Shown in pieces: positions 1 to 10,992 of a stretch of DNA of 61,642 nucleotides. The DNA is from an uncultured Spirochaetota bacterium (lineage in GTDB: Bacteria > Spirochaetota > Spirochaetia > SZUA-6 > Fen-1364). The DNA lies in NCBI GenBank assembly GCA_963845535.1, contig CAWJSK010000008.1:1-61642 (forward strand). Direction: 5' to 3'. The notes under the pieces were generated by a model that was given only the letters and a program-made list of their open reading frames with translations, was not told where the DNA came from and ran no database searches. The number at the start of each line of letters is the position of its first letter. Position 1 is the stretch's first letter. Made by a program: the position numbers and the translations under genes.

Positions 1-2
1 TT

Positions 3-179
3 GCCGATGAACCCACCGGAGAAGTTGACGCGGAAACCGAGCAGATGATTCTGAAGCTTCTGGACGACTACAGTCGCGGCGGCGGATCCGTTCTTGTTGT
101 TACTCACAGCGATGCTGTTGCCTCATTTGCTGATCGGGTCATCCGCCTGTTCGATGGCAAGGTTGTCACGGATGACTGA
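3..179 (+). CDS. ABC transporter ATP-binding protein, C-terminal part (runs off window start)
   Basis: Manual translation ADEPTGEVDAETEQMILKLL...VLVVTHS...RVIRLFDGKVVTDD* contains Walker B/D-loop and H-loop. Confidence 0.9.
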   Translation, partial: ADEPTGEVDAETEQMILKLLDDYSRGGGSVLVVTHSDAVASFADRVIRLFDGKVVTDD

Positions 180-840
180 CGTTCTTGTGCTCATGGAGAA
201 CGTGTCCCGCGCGTATGCGCAGGGGCGATCCTCGTGAGAGCGTTGGAATCCGCGAGCTGCCAAGTGCACCCAGGAGAGCGCATTGCGGTTGTCGGCCCCT
301 CGGGCAGTGGAAAATCGACACTACTCCATCTTTTGGGCGGGATCGACGCGCCCACCGCGGGGAGTATTTCGTGGCCCGCCTTGGGATCGCGGCAAGAACT
401 GCGGCCTTGGAATATCGGGTATGTTTTCCAACAGCAGGCCTTCTCCCCCTCTCAGCGTGCTGGAAAACACGCAACTGCCTCTGCTGCTTATGGGTGTCAA
501 ACAGGCGGACGCGCGAGAAGCGGCCTTGAGGACGCTCGGAGATATCGGGCTGGAGATGATCGCGGACAGGCTGCCGGAGGAGCTTTCGGGAGGCAGGTTC
601 AGCGGGTCGCCGTGGCGCGCGCCTTGGCATCCAATCCGCGGTTGATCTTGGCAGACGAGCCCACGGGTCAGTTGGACCATCCCACCGCGCGGCGCCTTTT
701 CGATGTGCTCTTATCTACCCTGGAAGAGAGGGACACCGCGCTGGTAGTCGCCACTCACGACTCCGCGATTGCCGCTCGGATGACAACGGTGTGGCGCGTT
801 CACCACGGGAAAATGGAGGTGAACGATGATTTACGGTCGT
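172..840 (+). pseudogene. ABC transporter ATP-binding protein (LolD/MacB-like), at least 3 frameshifts (error or decay); 3' end approximate
   Basis: MTDVLVLMENVSRAY, GPSGSGKST, LSVLEN...ELSGG and QRVAVARAL...LADEPTG are split across frames; ATG overlaps the upstream gene end. Confidence 0.85.
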
Positions 841-3474
841 CTCGAGGGCTCCTGGCCAGAAGGCCTGCAAGGCTGGTTGGTGCGGTTCTTGGCGTGGCTA
901 CTACCATCACGCTACTGTCATCTCTCGGGATTTTTCTCTCCACGAGCTCCCGGACAATGACAGCCCGCGCGGTCTCCACCGTGCCCGTAGATTGGCAGGT
1001 TCAGCTCGCCTCCGGCGCGGATGAAGGCCTGGTCAGAAGGCTATCGTCCGTACATCTTCGTTTGGACTGATGGAAACGGTGGGATACGCGGAGGTAGCTG
1101 GTTTCCGAGCTGCCACGGCGGCACAGTGCGACAACGGGCCCCGGTCTTGTCTGGGGATCAGTCCGCACTATCGCAGGTCGTTCTCGCACGTGATTCGCCA
1201 ACTGACCGGTGGAGCAATTGGGGTCTTGGTAGCTCAACAAACCGCCGCAAATCTGCACGTCAAACCCGGAGACACCCTGACAATAGAAAGAATGGGAGGG
1301 TCACCCGTTTCTGTGAAGGTTGACGGAGTGATCGATCTTCCCAGCGCCGACTCACTCTTTCAGGCCATCGGAGCTGTCCCCGGCCTCGCTCCTCAAGCGC
1401 CCCCGGACAACGTCCTTCTTCTCCCGGATCAGGAATGGCACACGGTATTCGATCCTCAAACGGCAAGGCTGCCGGACGGCGTTCACCTTCGTTCACGTAA
1501 AGCTCACTCATGGCAGTCTCCCCGCAAGTCCGACCGCCGCCCATACCTATGTAACACGGCTGGCGAACAACCTCGAGGCAAGGTTGGCTGGTCAGGGGAT
1601 AGTAGGGAAAAACCTTGGGGCAAAGCTTGCCGCGGTGCGCTCCGACGCCGTGTATGCTCGGGTTCTCTTTCTTTTTTTAGGTCTTCCCGGAACGATCCTG
1701 GCAACGCTTCTGACGCTGGCCATAGCGGCCACAGGGAAGGAACACCTGCACCGGGAGCAGGCGCTCCTGAGGGTGCGCGGCGCGTCAACCGCAAAGGTGC
1801 TCATTTTCGAATCGATGGAGGCGCTCATCATCGGCGGCGGCGGAATCATTCTGGGGGCTGGGCTGAGCTTTGCAGCAGGCTGGCTGCTGACATCGACCGG
1901 CATTCACCAAAGCAGAATCAGCATGCTGTGGGTGGGCGGCGTGCGTGATCGGGCTATTCCTGGCGGCCCTTGCGGTAATTCTGCCCGCATGGAGGCAGGC
2001 GCGGCAATCAACAATTGCTTCTGCCCGGGCGGTCATACGGACGTCCGTCGAGCCGCCTTGGAAGAGACTCTATCTGGACCTGATCTTGTTGGGATTGTCC
2101 CTGTACGCATATTGGCAAACAGCGCAGACGGGCTACCAGGTGGTGCTCGCCCCGGAGGGGATATCCCAGATATCCGTGCACTATGAGGCGTTCATCGCTC
2201 CCCTGTGTCTCTGGTTGGGAGGCGTGCTGCTGGGTTTGCGTACTTGGGAAAACGGGATCCTGCGGGATCGTACGATTCTTCGAACCTTCCTGCGCCCGAT
2301 TGCGGGAAACTTGTCAGCCGTGGTTTCTTCGTCTTTGGTACGGCAGCGACGCCTCATCAGCCGCGGTGTTGTGCTGGTTGCGCTTGCAATTGCGTTTGCG
2401 CTGTCCACAGCGGTCTTCAATACCACATTCAATGCACAGTCACGAGTGGATGCCGAGCTGAGCAACGGCGCTGACGTGACAGTGACGGGTTCAACAGAGG
2501 CGCCGTTGGGCGGCAAGCTGGCCGAAATAAGGGCCATGCGGGGCGTTGCTGCCGCGCAGCCCATGATCCACAGGTTTGCCTACGTGGGGAATGACCTTCA
2601 GGATATCTATGGGATAGACTCGGCTCAAATCGGCAAAGTGACCCGGATTGTGGATGCGTATTTCGCAAGAGGGAACGCGAAGGACTCCCTGGCCATGCTT
2701 GCCGCACACGCCGATGGCGTGCTTGTTTCCGAGGAGACACGACAGAACTTCCAGCTCCAGCCGGGTGACAGGTTGAATCTTCGTCTTCAATTCCCCAGCG
2801 ATCATCAATATCATGAAGTCCCTTTCGAGTTCCTTGGTGTCGTTCGGGAGTTCCCCACGGCACCCAAGGATTCCTTTCTGGTTGCCAATGCCAGCTACCT
2901 TGCGCAAGAAACCGGCTCAGGTGCGCAGGAGGTCCTTCTTGTGAGGGCCCGCACTGATCCCTCCCTGCTTGCAAAACAGATACGAGAGGTGGTCTCTTCC
3001 CTGCCGGGTGCGAGAGTAGCGGACATTGGCTCCGCGCAGAAGGCCATCGGCTCGACTCTGACCTCCATTGATCTCAACGGACTCACTAGGTTTGAGCTCG
3101 CCTTTGCCGTGATTCTTGTCATGGGCGCAACCGGGTTGATCCTTGGGCTGGGGATGTCTGAGCGTCGGCGGAACTTTGCCATTTTGAACGCCTTGGGGGC
3201 CAAGAGCCGTCAGCTCGGGGCCTTCATCTGGAGCGAAGGGCTGTTGGTCCTCGTCGGAGGAGCGGCAATCGGCACTCTCCTGGGACTGGGCGTCGCAGTG
3301 ATACTTGTAAGAGTGCTCAGTGGCGTTTTTGACCCACCGCCGGAACACCTTGTGATACCGTGGGGCTATGCTGCCACTATGGTTACAGCCGCAGTTGTCG
3401 CAACTACGATTGCAGTCTCCACGATGAAGCTGTTGTCGCAGCGTCCCGTGGTAGAGGAGCTTCAGAGACTATGA
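826..3474 (+). pseudogene. Large FtsX/MacB-family ABC permease; 5' half multiply frameshifted, 1945-3474 intact
   Basis: ORF pieces 234-1070 (tail), 1070-1948, 1584-2186 and 1945-3474 join into a two-repeat FtsX permease (REQALLRVRGA; ERRRNFAILNALGA). Confidence 0.8.
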
Positions 3475-3657
3475 AAGACTCTTGATGGGATGTTTGGAAG
3501 GAACGGCCTTAGAGTGAAGGGAGTACGGGCGTTTCGGGCGTTCCATGCTGCCTCCCTCGACTCACTCTCGATGTCAGAGTGAATGTCAGAGTAGAGCTAC
3601 ATGGAAGCGCCCGTTTTCGGGTAGCTTCCTATTTCCCTACAACGTAGGGATTTGAAA

Positions 3658-3731
3658 TGGGCGATACTGGATTTGAACCAGTGACTTCTACCGTGTGAAG
3701 GTAGCACTCTGGGCCGCTGAGTTAATCGCCC
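3658..3731 (-). tRNA. tRNA-Val (CAC)
   Basis: Reverse complement GGGCGATTAACTCAGCGG...CTACCTT-CAC-ACGGTAG...GGTTCAAATCCAGTATCGCCCA folds as a cloverleaf. Confidence 0.97.
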
Positions 3732-3777
3732 GTGAGGAGTCCGTCAAACCATTGTCGGACTCATCAATTGTGCGTAA

Positions 3778-3804
3778 ATTATAACGTGACGCGTTGCTTG
3801 TCAA
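3778..3804 (-). promoter_or_regulatory. sigma70-type promoter of tRNA-Val
   Basis: Minus strand TTGACA-N15-TATAAT (or TAATTT at N17) just upstream of the tRNA. Confidence 0.65.
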
Positions 3805-4039
3805 CGCGTCTTGCGGGGGGCTGACTTCAGCCGCTTGCGCCAAGGCCCGGCCCCAATCCAGCCCATCGGTATATTAAAACTAGATTAATCGGTGCACCAA
3901 AGTAGACAAAATGAACATTTTCAAGGGCCGACTCTTTGGATTCATGGTAATTCATTCAGCAGGAAAGAAATAGTACAAAACCTTGAGTTCCTGAGCTGGC
4001 ACCGATCTTGCATTGAAGTGTGCAACGAAGACTTACATC

Positions 4040-4681
4040 ATGCAGGATAATCAGGAATTGGTTCGCGAGATTCAGCGGACAGGAACACAGACTACAACGG
4101 GAATTGCGAAGGTTCAAGGGGAGCTCGTTCGAAAATCTCTCCACCTTCTTGTGGCCATAGTGCCGGTTCTTGCATCGGTAAACCTCTCTGCAACGCTCAC
4201 GCTGCTGGCAATGGGGACCCTCTTCTACGCATTTGCGGAAAGCTCACGTCGGCAAGGGAATCCGATCTTTGTCGTGAGTGACCTGACGCTCATTGCGTCC
4301 CGGGACAGGGACAAAACCGGCTTCGTGCTCGGACCTGTCACCCTTGGCCTCGGGGCAATGGTTTCCCTTCTTCTCTATCCCGGACCTGCGGCCTCCATCG
4401 CCATCTACGCGTTGGCCTTCGGAGACGGATTCGCCGCCCTGGTCGGCAGGGTTGTCGGCGGGCCCCGAATACCTCTCCTTCGCGGAAAAACCTTCTCGGG
4501 AAGCCTGGCGTGCTTTGCAGCGGTGTTCCTGATGGCGTTTCACGTGAGTCGTCGGCCTGTGGAGTCCCTCATCATCGGCGCCGTGGCAATGGTGCTCGAA
4601 GGCATCCCGACCGGGAACTTCGACAACATCATCATTCCCTTCGGTGTCGGGATGATAGCCACGAAGCTGCTCGTCCCGTAG
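4040..4681 (+). CDS. Polyprenol/diacylglycerol kinase family (SEC59/phytol kinase-like) membrane protein
   Basis: ELVRKSLH, LAFGDGFAALVG, KTFSGSLA and DNIIIP motifs. Confidence 0.85.
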   Translation: MQDNQELVREIQRTGTQTTTGIAKVQGELVRKSLHLLVAIVPVLASVNLSATLTLLAMGTLFYAFAESSRRQGNPIFVVSDLTLIASRDRDKTGFVLGPVTLGLGAMVSLLLYPGPAASIAIYALAFGDGFAALVGRVVGGPRIPLLRGKTFSGSLACFAAVFLMAFHVSRRPVESLIIGAVAMVLEGIPTGNFDNIIIPFGVGMIATKLLVP

Positions 4682-4721
4682 GACAGGCCCGCGGCGGGCG
4701 CGCGGAGCCCGCCTGAGCTTT

Positions 4722-5603
4722 TCAGGTTCCCCTGTAGATTTCTCCCAAAGACCTCAAGCAGACAACCGCTCCCGCTGTCAGAGCGACAATTCCGCCCGCA
4801 AGCGGAAGCGGGTCCAGCGTAAAGAATACAAGGTCCCGCCCGACCAGGAGGAGCGCGAACCCTCCAGCAACCACGAGGAACCGTCTGTCACGCTTCAGGG
4901 CCGAGGCGCCCACTGCTGTGAGAAGGACCAGCGCGTTGATCACGACGTTCACGAACCAGGCCCCTTGCGCATCACCCAGCTTCCACGTGAGCTGCGAGAG
5001 GAAGGTAGTCTGGTCGATGGGCAAGCTTGCCGCGATGGCCAGCGCCACCAGAAGGGAGCCTCCGCCCAGCACGTACACGTGGCGATACTTCAGGTCCGTA
5101 CAGTACAGACTGGAAAGAAGCAGCGCGAAAAGACCGACAAACCTGCCCCAGTACACAGCGCGCGTCAGCGTAACGGTTGCGGGGATGGCGCCGTCAGCGG
5201 CGTAGAGAACCGCGGTCAACCCTCGCAAACATTCCACTCCCATCGTGAGAAAGAACAGGAGCAGATAGGGAAGCACGGGGGTCCGGCTGTGCTTGTGGAG
5301 CGTCCGCGAGCGGAGGGAAAAAACAAGCCCGACGGCGGTTGCAATCACCGTGGCCCCTATGATCTCCAGGGGTTGGTCCGCGTCCTTGGCACCCGCCTGC
5401 TGATAGACGAGCCACCAGGGATTCGAGGGCAGAGTCGATAACGCGCCGGCCAGGACGGGCCGGGTGAGGAGGAAGGCAAATGAACCGCAGGCGGTAAGGC
5501 CGAGGATCAGGATGACGATAAACGCCGCCGAAAGGAGCCCTGCTTCCCATGAGGTGCGCACGGCGGGATTGTAGGACGATATAGGCGAGAAGGTCAAAAG
5601 CAT
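4722..5603 (-). CDS. Hypothetical polytopic membrane protein (start uncertain)
   Basis: 293-aa ORF with about 8 hydrophobic segments. Confidence 0.7.
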   Translation of the reverse strand: MLLTFSPISSYNPAVRTSWEAGLLSAAFIVILILGLTACGSFAFLLTRPVLAGALSTLPSNPWWLVYQQAGAKDADQPLEIIGATVIATAVGLVFSLRSRTLHKHSRTPVLPYLLLFFLTMGVECLRGLTAVLYAADGAIPATVTLTRAVYWGRFVGLFALLLSSLYCTDLKYRHVYVLGGGSLLVALAIAASLPIDQTTFLSQLTWKLGDAQGAWFVNVVINALVLLTAVGASALKRDRRFLVVAGGFALLLVGRDLVFFTLDPLPLAGGIVALTAGAVVCLRSLGEIYRGT

Positions 5604-5617
5604 TGTAGTCTTTTTGC

Positions 5618-6634
5618 ATGATCGTGATCTTCAAGAGAGATGCGACCGAGGAAGAAATCCAGAGTGCTCTTCGCAAGATCGAGCACCTGGGCTACACGCC
5701 GCACTTGAGCAGGGGAGCCGTCAAGACCATCTGCGGAGTCACCGGTGATGACCGCGCCCTGGACCAGGCCGAGTTCGATCAGATGCCCGGCGTGGAGAGC
5801 GTCCTGCGCGTCCTCAAGCCATACAAGCTGGCCTCCCGAGAGTTCCATCCCGACCCGACACGGGTCAGCGTTGGCGGCGTGAGCGTTGGCCCGGACACCT
5901 TCGCCGTCATTGCCGGACCGTGCTCCGTGGAGACCGAAGGGCAGGTGGAATCCTCCGCTGAGCTTCTCCAACGCTCGGGCCTCAAGCTGATTCGCGGAGG
6001 AGCGTTCAAGCCGCGCTCATCGCCCTACTCCTTCCAGGGGCTGGGGGAGCAGGGGTTGCAGATCCTGAGCGCTGCTGCCAAACGTCATGGCCTCACCGTA
6101 GTCACGGAGGTCCTCTCCGAGTACGACGTGGAGCTGGTGGGCCGCTATGCCGGCGTGTTCCAGGTCGGGGCGCGCAACATGCAGAACTTCGCGCTGCTGA
6201 AGGCGCTGGGAGAGACGCGGACGCCCGTGCTGTTGAAAAGAAGCATGATGGGAACCATCGAAGAGCTACTGCTCTCAGCGGAATACATCATGAAAGGCGG
6301 GAACCCCCACGTCATCCTGTGTGAGAGGGGGATCCGCACGTTCGAGACGGAGACACGCAACACGCTGGACATCGGCGCCGTGCCCGCCATCAAGCGCTTG
6401 AGCCATCTGCCCATCATCGTCGACCCCAGCCACGCCATGGGGAATTGGCATTACGTGCCCGCAGCGTCCATGGCGGCGCTCGCCGCGGGGGCGGACGGTA
6501 TCATCATCGAGATCCATCCCAATCCCCCGGAGGCCAGGTCGGACGGGAAGCAGAGCCTGAACTACCCGCACTTCGAGGACCTGCTGACCAGGCTGAAGGA
6601 CCTCGCGCCGCACCTGGGCGTAGCGGTGAAGTAG
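5618..6634 (+). CDS. aroF: 3-deoxy-7-phosphoheptulonate (DAHP) synthase, type I-beta with N-terminal regulatory domain
   Basis: IAGPCSVE, RGGAFKPRSSPYSFQGLG, QVGARNMQNF and DPSHA motifs. Confidence 0.96.
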   Translation: MIVIFKRDATEEEIQSALRKIEHLGYTPHLSRGAVKTICGVTGDDRALDQAEFDQMPGVESVLRVLKPYKLASREFHPDPTRVSVGGVSVGPDTFAVIAGPCSVETEGQVESSAELLQRSGLKLIRGGAFKPRSSPYSFQGLGEQGLQILSAAAKRHGLTVVTEVLSEYDVELVGRYAGVFQVGARNMQNFALLKALGETRTPVLLKRSMMGTIEELLLSAEYIMKGGNPHVILCERGIRTFETETRNTLDIGAVPAIKRLSHLPIIVDPSHAMGNWHYVPAASMAALAAGADGIIIEIHPNPPEARSDGKQSLNYPHFEDLLTRLKDLAPHLGVAVK

Positions 6635-6771
6635 CGGCTCGGGCTTCGCAGCAGGGGCGCGGCCTTCTCGGCCAGGCCCGGGCTTCGCCGCAGGGCGTGG
6701 CCTCGGAATATCTGCCATAGATTCCTCTATAGAATGGGAATGGCCGTACGATACTGTTTATAGGAGCATCT

Positions 6772-7458
6772 ATGGCAAAACGGCTCGCACCCATCGGGGT
6801 CCTGATCCTCCTGGTGACGTTCGCCGCGTCCGCGGGCGACATTGCTCGATTTGTGAACCTCGGCTTCTCGCCGGACTCGCGCTATTTCATGTTCGGGCAG
6901 TACGGAATCCAGCAGAAGACCTCCACACCCTGGGCGGAAGCGTACATCGTGGACGTAAGGGCCAACGCCTTCGTTTCCCGCGGGGTGCACAAGGTCTCCT
7001 CCTCGGTCCCCGTTGACCCGGGAACCGACGGCATTGGCGCCCTGTTCGACGCCGTGGTTGAGGCTCGCGCCCAGGAAACGCTCTACAAGGTTCGCCACAC
7101 CGTTACCGGTCGAATGCTCTACATCCTCGTGGACGGCGTGCCTGCCCCGGACGTCGTGGACTTTCGGGACTTCCAGACTGGACGCAACTACGAGATCACC
7201 ATGACCCAGAGCCCGCCGGAAGGGGAGGCTGGGGCTTCCTTCAGCCTGGCCATCAGCGTGACGGACAAGGACGGCGTGGTTCATACGTACAAGGCGGGGG
7301 ACCCCTCCTTGCGTCGTCCCGGCGTCAAAGCCTACCACATCAAGGAAATCGTGCTTGCCCCGGACAACGCTTCCCTTGTGTTCCTCATCCAGAGGGAGGA
7401 GCAGGACACGCAGGGGAACAACATTCGCTACATGGTAGAGACCGCGGGGATCAATTAG
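6772..7458 (+). CDS. Secreted protein, DUF2259-like
   Basis: Signal peptide followed by AGDIARFVNLGFSPDSRYFMFGQYG. Confidence 0.75.
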   Translation: MAKRLAPIGVLILLVTFAASAGDIARFVNLGFSPDSRYFMFGQYGIQQKTSTPWAEAYIVDVRANAFVSRGVHKVSSSVPVDPGTDGIGALFDAVVEARAQETLYKVRHTVTGRMLYILVDGVPAPDVVDFRDFQTGRNYEITMTQSPPEGEAGASFSLAISVTDKDGVVHTYKAGDPSLRRPGVKAYHIKEIVLAPDNASLVFLIQREEQDTQGNNIRYMVETAGIN

Positions 7459-7480
7459 CTTCCACGGCGCCTCATCGTCC

Positions 7481-7509
7481 TTGACTCTGGTCTTTGCTGA
7501 CCGTAGAAT
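7481..7509 (+). promoter_or_regulatory. sigma70-type promoter of proS
   Basis: TTGACT-N17-TAGAAT. Confidence 0.6.
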
Positions 7510-7539
7510 GCGGCGCATCCCAAGGAGACGCCGCAGAGA

Positions 7540-8982
7540 ATGGCTGAAAAAATAACCCCACGGGCAACCGACTATTCCCAGTGGTACATCGACATCGTGA
7601 TCAACGCGAAGCTCGCGGACTACGCGCCCGTGAAGGGCTGCATGGTCATCAGGCCGCGCGGGTACGCTCTGTGGGAAATGATCCAGCAGGGGCTGGACGG
7701 GCTTTTCAAGCAGACAGGCCACGTCAACGCGTATTTCCCGCTCCTCATTCCCGAGAGCTTCATCAAGAAAGAGGCCGAGCACGTGGAGGGGTTCTCCCCG
7801 GAGCTGGCCGTGGTCACGCACGCCGGCGGAGAGAAGCTGGAGGAGCCGCTCGTGATCCGTCCCACCTCGGAGACGATCATCTGGAGCATGTACAAGAAGT
7901 GGATCCAGTCCTACCGCGACCTTCCGCTCCTCATCAACCAGTGGTGCAACGTCCTTCGCTGGGAGAAGCGGACCCGGCTCTTCCTGCGTACAAGCGAGTT
8001 CCTCTGGCAGGAGGGGCATACCGCTCACGCCACGGCTGAGGAAGCGGAGGAAGAGACGCTGCGCATCCTCGACGTGTACCGCACGTTCGCGGAAGAGTAC
8101 ATGGCAATCCCCGTGCTCCACGGCGTGAAGACTGATTCTGAGAAGTTCGCCGGCGCCGTTCGCACGTACTGCATCGAGGCGATGATGCAGGATGCCAAGT
8201 CCCTCCAGGCAGGGACGTCCCATAACCTGGGCCAGAACTTCGCAAAAGCCTTCGACGTGACCTACCAGACCAAAAACAAGACGCTGGAGCACGTCTGGGC
8301 CACCTCCTGGGGAGTGTCCACCCGCCTGGTTGGCGCGCTCATTATGACGCATGCGGATGACAAGGGACTGATTCTCCCGCCGCGGATTGCCCCCACGGAA
8401 GTCGTCATTGTTCCCATCTTCAAGAATGAAACCCGGGACGCCGTGCTGGCTTTTGCCCGAAAGCTCCGGGATTCCCTGAAGCCCGGTTTCCGCGTTCACC
8501 TCGATGAGGATGACCAGAACACGCCGGGTTGGAAGTTCTCCGAGTACGAGCTGCAGGGAATCCCCTTGCGCGTGGAGATCGGTCCGCGGGACATGGAGAA
8601 AGGCCAGTGCGTTGCCGTGCGACGGGACACCGGTGAAAAGATCTTCCTTCCCGTTGCAGAGGCGGGCACGCGCCTTCGGGGGCTCCTGGATGACATCCAG
8701 AAATCCCTTTTTGCCAGGGCGCTGGAGTTCCGCAAGGCCCACACGTTCCGCGTGAAAGACTACGAGGAGTTCAAGAAGCTGCTGGATGAGCCGGGAGGCT
8801 TCATTGAGGCCGGCTGGTGCGGAGACGCCGCCTGCGAAGCGAAGGTGAAGGAGGAGACCAAGGCCACAATCCGTCTCATTCCTCTGAACGGGACCGCCGT
8901 GTCCGCCGCGCCGGAAGGCAGCTCATGCGTCATTTGCGGAAAGAACGCCCGTCACCTCGCCATCTTCGGCAGGGCCTACTAA
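7540..8982 (+). CDS. proS: Proline--tRNA ligase (archaeal/eukaryotic type)
   Basis: [29 protein letters not shown] and C-terminal FGRAY. Confidence 0.98.
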   Translation: MAEKITPRATDYSQWYIDIVINAKLADYAPVKGCMVIRPRGYALWEMIQQGLDGLFKQTGHVNAYFPLLIPESFIKKEAEHVEGFSPELAVVTHAGGEKLEEPLVIRPTSETIIWSMYKKWIQSYRDLPLLINQWCNVLRWEKRTRLFLRTSEFLWQEGHTAHATAEEAEEETLRILDVYRTFAEEYMAIPVLHGVKTDSEKFAGAVRTYCIEAMMQDAKSLQAGTSHNLGQNFAKAFDVTYQTKNKTLEHVWATSWGVSTRLVGALIMTHADDKGLILPPRIAPTEVVIVPIFKNETRDAVLAFARKLRDSLKPGFRVHLDEDDQNTPGWKFSEYELQGIPLRVEIGPRDMEKGQCVAVRRDTGEKIFLPVAEAGTRLRGLLDDIQKSLFARALEFRKAHTFRVKDYEEFKKLLDEPGGFIEAGWCGDAACEAKVKEETKATIRLIPLNGTAVSAAPEGSSCVICGKNARHLAIFGRAY

Positions 8983-8987
8983 CCGAC

Positions 8988-10094
8988 GTGTCAGGCCGAC
9001 GAACCTTCGGCATCCTGGTGCCGGCGGGTCTCGTTGCGGCCCTTGCTGCCGGCCTCATGCTTGCCCTCAGCTCGTGCGGACCCCGGGCGCCGGCTGGCGC
9101 CGGCCACGCCCGCGCCTCCTGGTACGAGCTTGTATCTACGGTGTTCCAGTCCGTTGGAGCCGCCGACGCTTCTCCGCAAGTCCCGGCGCTTCCCTGGACG
9201 GTGCAGTCCCGGGTGGCTGACATGGCATTCCTCGGTGACACACTGTACTGCGCGGTGAACGGCGCGGGCGTGGCCGCGGTTGACTCGGACGCCTCCGGCG
9301 CGCTGAAGTTCACGTACCACTACGACGCTCCGATCTTTGCCCACCGGACCATAACGACGCTCATCCCCCGCCACGGAGAGCTCATGATCCATCTCTACTA
9401 CAACGCTCTCCTGAACGACGCCAAGCCGGAAGAGCTTCTGCTCAGAGGCGTCAGCCTTGTGTCGTTCCTGCCGGGGCAGAAAGACTTCTCCTTCCTTATT
9501 CCGCCGTACCAGAGGAAGAACCCGGAGTGGGAGGCAGTCGGGTTTGCCCCCATCTCGGAGAACGAGTTCGATTTCGAATGGAAATACACGGATTCCTCGC
9601 AGACTCAGTTCGCCTACACGCGCTACCGCGCGGACCTGCAACTGGAGGCTGGCAGCAATCGGGATGCTTACATGGCTGCCTTGGGGACCGCGAGCCTCAG
9701 CGGCGCCGACGTTCCCGCCGCCTACAGCGCGTTTTTCGACGAATGCGGATCCCGGATCCAGGGACGTGCGGCCGGCACCGCGCTGCACTTCAAAGTGCGC
9801 TCGCGCACCTCTCCCGTCCAGAGGTATTTCCGTTCCGGGCTCGAGCAGGATTCCATTCTCGTGGTCCACGTCCTGGACGAAGCCGGTGTCCTGTATGCGC
9901 TTCTTCCGGACGGCCAGGTGCTGGAACAGGCTCCCGCGTCCCCGCTGGAGTCTTTCACGCTCCCGCCACTTCCCGCTGGTTTCCGCTACACGGATTTCGT
10001 AAAGAAGGGAGACATCATTATTGCCTCATGGGAGGAGACGCAGTTCATCCAGGTGGAAAGAGCGGGGATCATCGCGGTCAGCGTGACCCGGTAG
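8988..10094 (+). CDS. Hypothetical lipoprotein
   Basis: GTG just after the proS stop; hydrophobic signal with LSSC lipobox. Confidence 0.7.
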   Translation: MSGRRTFGILVPAGLVAALAAGLMLALSSCGPRAPAGAGHARASWYELVSTVFQSVGAADASPQVPALPWTVQSRVADMAFLGDTLYCAVNGAGVAAVDSDASGALKFTYHYDAPIFAHRTITTLIPRHGELMIHLYYNALLNDAKPEELLLRGVSLVSFLPGQKDFSFLIPPYQRKNPEWEAVGFAPISENEFDFEWKYTDSSQTQFAYTRYRADLQLEAGSNRDAYMAALGTASLSGADVPAAYSAFFDECGSRIQGRAAGTALHFKVRSRTSPVQRYFRSGLEQDSILVVHVLDEAGVLYALLPDGQVLEQAPASPLESFTLPPLPAGFRYTDFVKKGDIIIASWEETQFIQVERAGIIAVSVTR

Positions 10095-10116
10095 AGTCCG
10101 ACGGACGAAGGCAGCG

Positions 10117-10857
10117 CTATATGGCACCCTTGGCGGTTGCGGGAACGCCCCCCGGCTGGCTTGAGGTGCTCAGGAAGTGCTCGAGGTCGAAGACAACGGG
10201 CTCTTCTATATAAAAGCCCTCCGCATACGCAACTCCCACAAGGACTCCCGCGGACTCCCGGAACCGGCGCAGAGCGTCAAGAACCTTGCCGTCCCGCAGG
10301 CTCATCTGCGACTCGTGGCAGCGGGCAATGGCTTCCCATTCGCTCATGTATTCCGAGACGTCGTTGACGATGTTCGGCATGCGGGTGCGCGGGACCATAT
10401 AATAGATGAGATGGTTGGCGTTCCACGGTTCGCCCTTGGCATCCTTGAGGCCGGAAAAGCGGGCGTAGCGAAGCGCGGAGCGCACGATGGTTCCCGTGGC
10501 GGTATGGTCCGGATGCGCGCCGCCGTCCTTGTGATAGCTGGGATTCGTGTGGTAGGGCGCAAAGACGATCTTCGGCCGGAACTTGCGGACAACCTCCGCA
10601 AGGCGCACGCGCGCCTCGTAGGTGTCGAAAATCCTGCAGTCCTGGAAGGAGAGGATTTCAATCTCACCGCCGAGCTTTTCCGCGGCTGCGCGCATCTCCC
10701 GCTCCCGCTGCTCCCCAGTGCCGAACGTCCCCGCTTCCCCCCGGGTCAGCACGCACACCGCCACGGAAGCGCCGCTTCGCACGAACTTGACCAGGCTCGC
10801 CCCCATGCCGAACTCGGCGTCATCAGGATGCGCGCCAAACACGAGTATGTCTGCCAT
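10117..10857 (-). CDS. PIG-L/BshB1-like N-acetylglucosaminyl deacetylase
   Basis: GAHPDDAEFG, TRGEAG, HPDH and HESQ motifs. Confidence 0.9.
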   Translation of the reverse strand: MADILVFGAHPDDAEFGMGASLVKFVRSGASVAVCVLTRGEAGTFGTGEQREREMRAAAEKLGGEIEILSFQDCRIFDTYEARVRLAEVVRKFRPKIVFAPYHTNPSYHKDGGAHPDHTATGTIVRSALRYARFSGLKDAKGEPWNANHLIYYMVPRTRMPNIVNDVSEYMSEWEAIARCHESQMSLRDGKVLDALRRFRESAGVLVGVAYAEGFYIEEPVVFDLEHFLSTSSQPGGVPATAKGAI

Positions 10858-10992
10858 CAGGGAGAAGATACGCGCGCGGGGTAGGCGCGTCAACAAAGGC
10901 GACAAAGGCAACAAACGCGTCAACAGTCAACAAAGTCGAGAAAGGCGCCTTGACACCAAGGGGAAAGCCGGGCAATTCTAGCGCAGCGCACA

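Noticed and set aside
6727..8742. Long antisense ORFs (e.g. 671 aa opposite proS; also 36925-38295, 38323-39588, 42950-44068)
   Set aside because: Shadow ORFs caused by high-GC codon bias opposite well-supported genes
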